DNA of 64,000 nt. It comes from Oscillospiraceae bacterium. GTDB lineage: Bacteria > Bacillota > Clostridia > Oscillospirales > Oscillospiraceae. The notes under the pieces are model-generated. The model made no database searches. It saw only the letters and a list, made by a program, of their open reading frames with translations, and was not told where the DNA came from. The position numbers and the translations under genes were made by a program. How positions within the stretch are numbered: the stretch's first letter is position 1; each line of letters starts with the position of its first letter. Positions 63,099-64,000 of this stretch are shown in pieces. The DNA lies in assembly GCA_017506735.1 (NCBI GenBank), contig JAFVMW010000005.1:19815-83814 (forward strand), written 5' to 3'.

Positions 63099-63180
63099 TA
63101 TAGCAATAGCCGCCCGGGACTGGGCGGCTATTGTCACCTTTTGCGCTTTTGGTACATATCCCCATTGGAGGTGAGGGGGG

Positions 63181-63336
63181 ATGGATACTGAGGGTATCCG
63201 GGAGCGGCTGAATGGGATTATTGGCCAGATCATGGCGGATTTGGAGAGGCTTCCGGAGTGGGGCGGTAACTCTGCAATGAGAGCCGCGCTGGAGGAGATG
63301 TTGCGGATTGCGGAAACGATACAACCACAGGAGTAG
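63181..63336 (+). CDS. Small hypothetical protein (51 aa)
   Basis: GGAGGTG RBS; not in ORF track. Confidence 0.5.
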   Translation: MDTEGIRERLNGIIGQIMADLERLPEWGGNSAMRAALEEMLRIAETIQPQE

Positions 63337-63344
63337 TCGGGAAA

Positions 63345-63374
63345 AGGCGGCATTGATGCACTCAATGCCGCCTT
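63345..63374. terminator. Phage-supplied terminator downstream of tRNA-Pro (and of the integrase in the excised circle)
   Basis: AAGGCGGCATTGA-TGCAC-TCAATGCCGCCTT. Confidence 0.7.
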
Positions 63375-63432
63375 GTATTAAATCCGTCGCTCAAATACAA
63401 ATACCCCGGAAATCGCAATAATTACGATATCA

Positions 63433-63458
63433 TGAGTTCGTATAGTGCGGATTGGTCG
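63433..63458. other. Right attachment junction: phage arm plus core TGGTCG
   Basis: Core equals the last 6 nt (CGACCA) of the tRNA; arm is inverted relative to 29132-29154. Confidence 0.85.
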
Positions 63459-63529
63459 GAGTATCGGGATTCGAACCCGAGGCCTCTTGGACCCGAACCA
63501 AGCGCGATACCAAACTTCGCCATACCCCG
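63453..63529 (-). tRNA. tRNA-Pro(CGG)
   Basis: CGGGGTATGGCGAAGTTTGGTATCGCGCTTGGTTCGGGTCCAAGAGGCCTCGGGTTCGAATCCCGATACTCCGACCA; 77 nt, canonical cloverleaf. Confidence 0.97.
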
Positions 63530-63620
63530 ATAGCCTGTATATTATAAGGAAACAAATATGGATTGTCAAGTGTTTTCAGGGATTTCACCGGAAAAATCCC
63601 ATACCATATTTCAGGGAGGG

Positions 63621-63911
63621 ATGATAATGTCCTACAGAATCCGTTATGGCCCCTCCGGCTTTCGGAGGTCGGAATGGAATCACGGAAGGATGCTCCGGTG
63701 GAAGATCTGTGCCGCGGGATTGGTGATTATTTGGGGAATCGGCTTTGTTTTTCCGGAAGCCGGAGCCATTCTCCGGGAATTGCTCTGCCGTGAACCCATG
63801 ACGTCAGGGGAGCAGGCGGTGGCGGCTTTTGCCCAGGCGCTTCGGTTGGGGAAGGGGTGGTATGATGGGCTTGCGGTCTGGTGCCGGACGATCCTGTTTG
63901 GGCCGGTTTGA
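63621..63911 (+). CDS. Host hypothetical membrane protein
   Basis: GGGAGG RBS; one TM segment. Confidence 0.6.
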   Translation: MIMSYRIRYGPSGFRRSEWNHGRMLRWKICAAGLVIIWGIGFVFPEAGAILRELLCREPMTSGEQAVAAFAQALRLGKGWYDGLAVWCRTILFGPV

Positions 63912-64000
63912 ATGCTCGGTTTCCGGAAAGGCTCTGGTGTTCCTGGCGGCGGTAATGTTGCTTTCGGATATCCGGTGGGTTTTGGCGGCGGTAACTGCTG
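63898..64000 (+). CDS. Partial hydrophobic ORF running off window
   Basis: TTG start; ..KALVFLAAVMLLSDIRWVLAAVTA; too short to assign. Confidence 0.3.
   Translation, partial: MGRFECSVSGKALVFLAAVMLLSDIRWVLAAVTA

Larger units (their letters stand above)
29121..63458. mobile_element. Complete-looking temperate siphoprophage (HK97-type head, ~34.3 kb) integrated at the tRNA-Pro 3' end
   Basis: Integrase, repressor, replication, packaging, head, tail and lysis modules in canonical order, flanked by a TGGTCG core and matching attP half-sites. Confidence 0.93.

Overview
GC-rich Clostridia-type chromosome segment (gene content suggests Oscillospiraceae; this is inference). Bases 1-23.4 kb hold ordinary host genes: rlmD, GNATs, an ECF sigma pair, a PflX-like radical SAM gene, asnS, a P-type ATPase, recD2, comF, an mreB-like gene, a GT4-CsaB fusion, mnmA, an FMN oxidase, GH13 and LysR/UROD. 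Bases 23.5-29.1 kb are a VTC/DUF4956/two-component islet ending in what looks like an old integrative-element scar. Bases 29121-63458 are an apparently complete ~34 kb HK97-type siphoprophage inserted by a large serine recombinase into the 3' end of tRNA-Pro(CGG), with a 6-bp core TGGTCG. The most unusual content is an RNA layer in the prophage that the ORF track misses. (i) An ~800-bp non-coding array carries four tRNA-like cloverleaves with intact acceptor/T arms but corrupted anticodon arms, interleaved with C-rich anti-Shine-Dalgarno-like hairpins and a repeated GAAAGA hairpin. (ii) A promoter-terminator-bounded sRNA antisense to the integrase leader has a 16-nt perfect complement beside the RBS of a distant early gene and weaker sites at two other RBSs. 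(iii) A second OOP-like antisense sRNA lies in front of the replication initiator. Also seen: an integrase whose C-terminus is swapped by integration, a LexA-box-controlled candidate antirepressor, an HUH Rep next to a DnaB-type replication module, and a tail chaperone -1 frameshift. All calls were made by eye; no searches were run.
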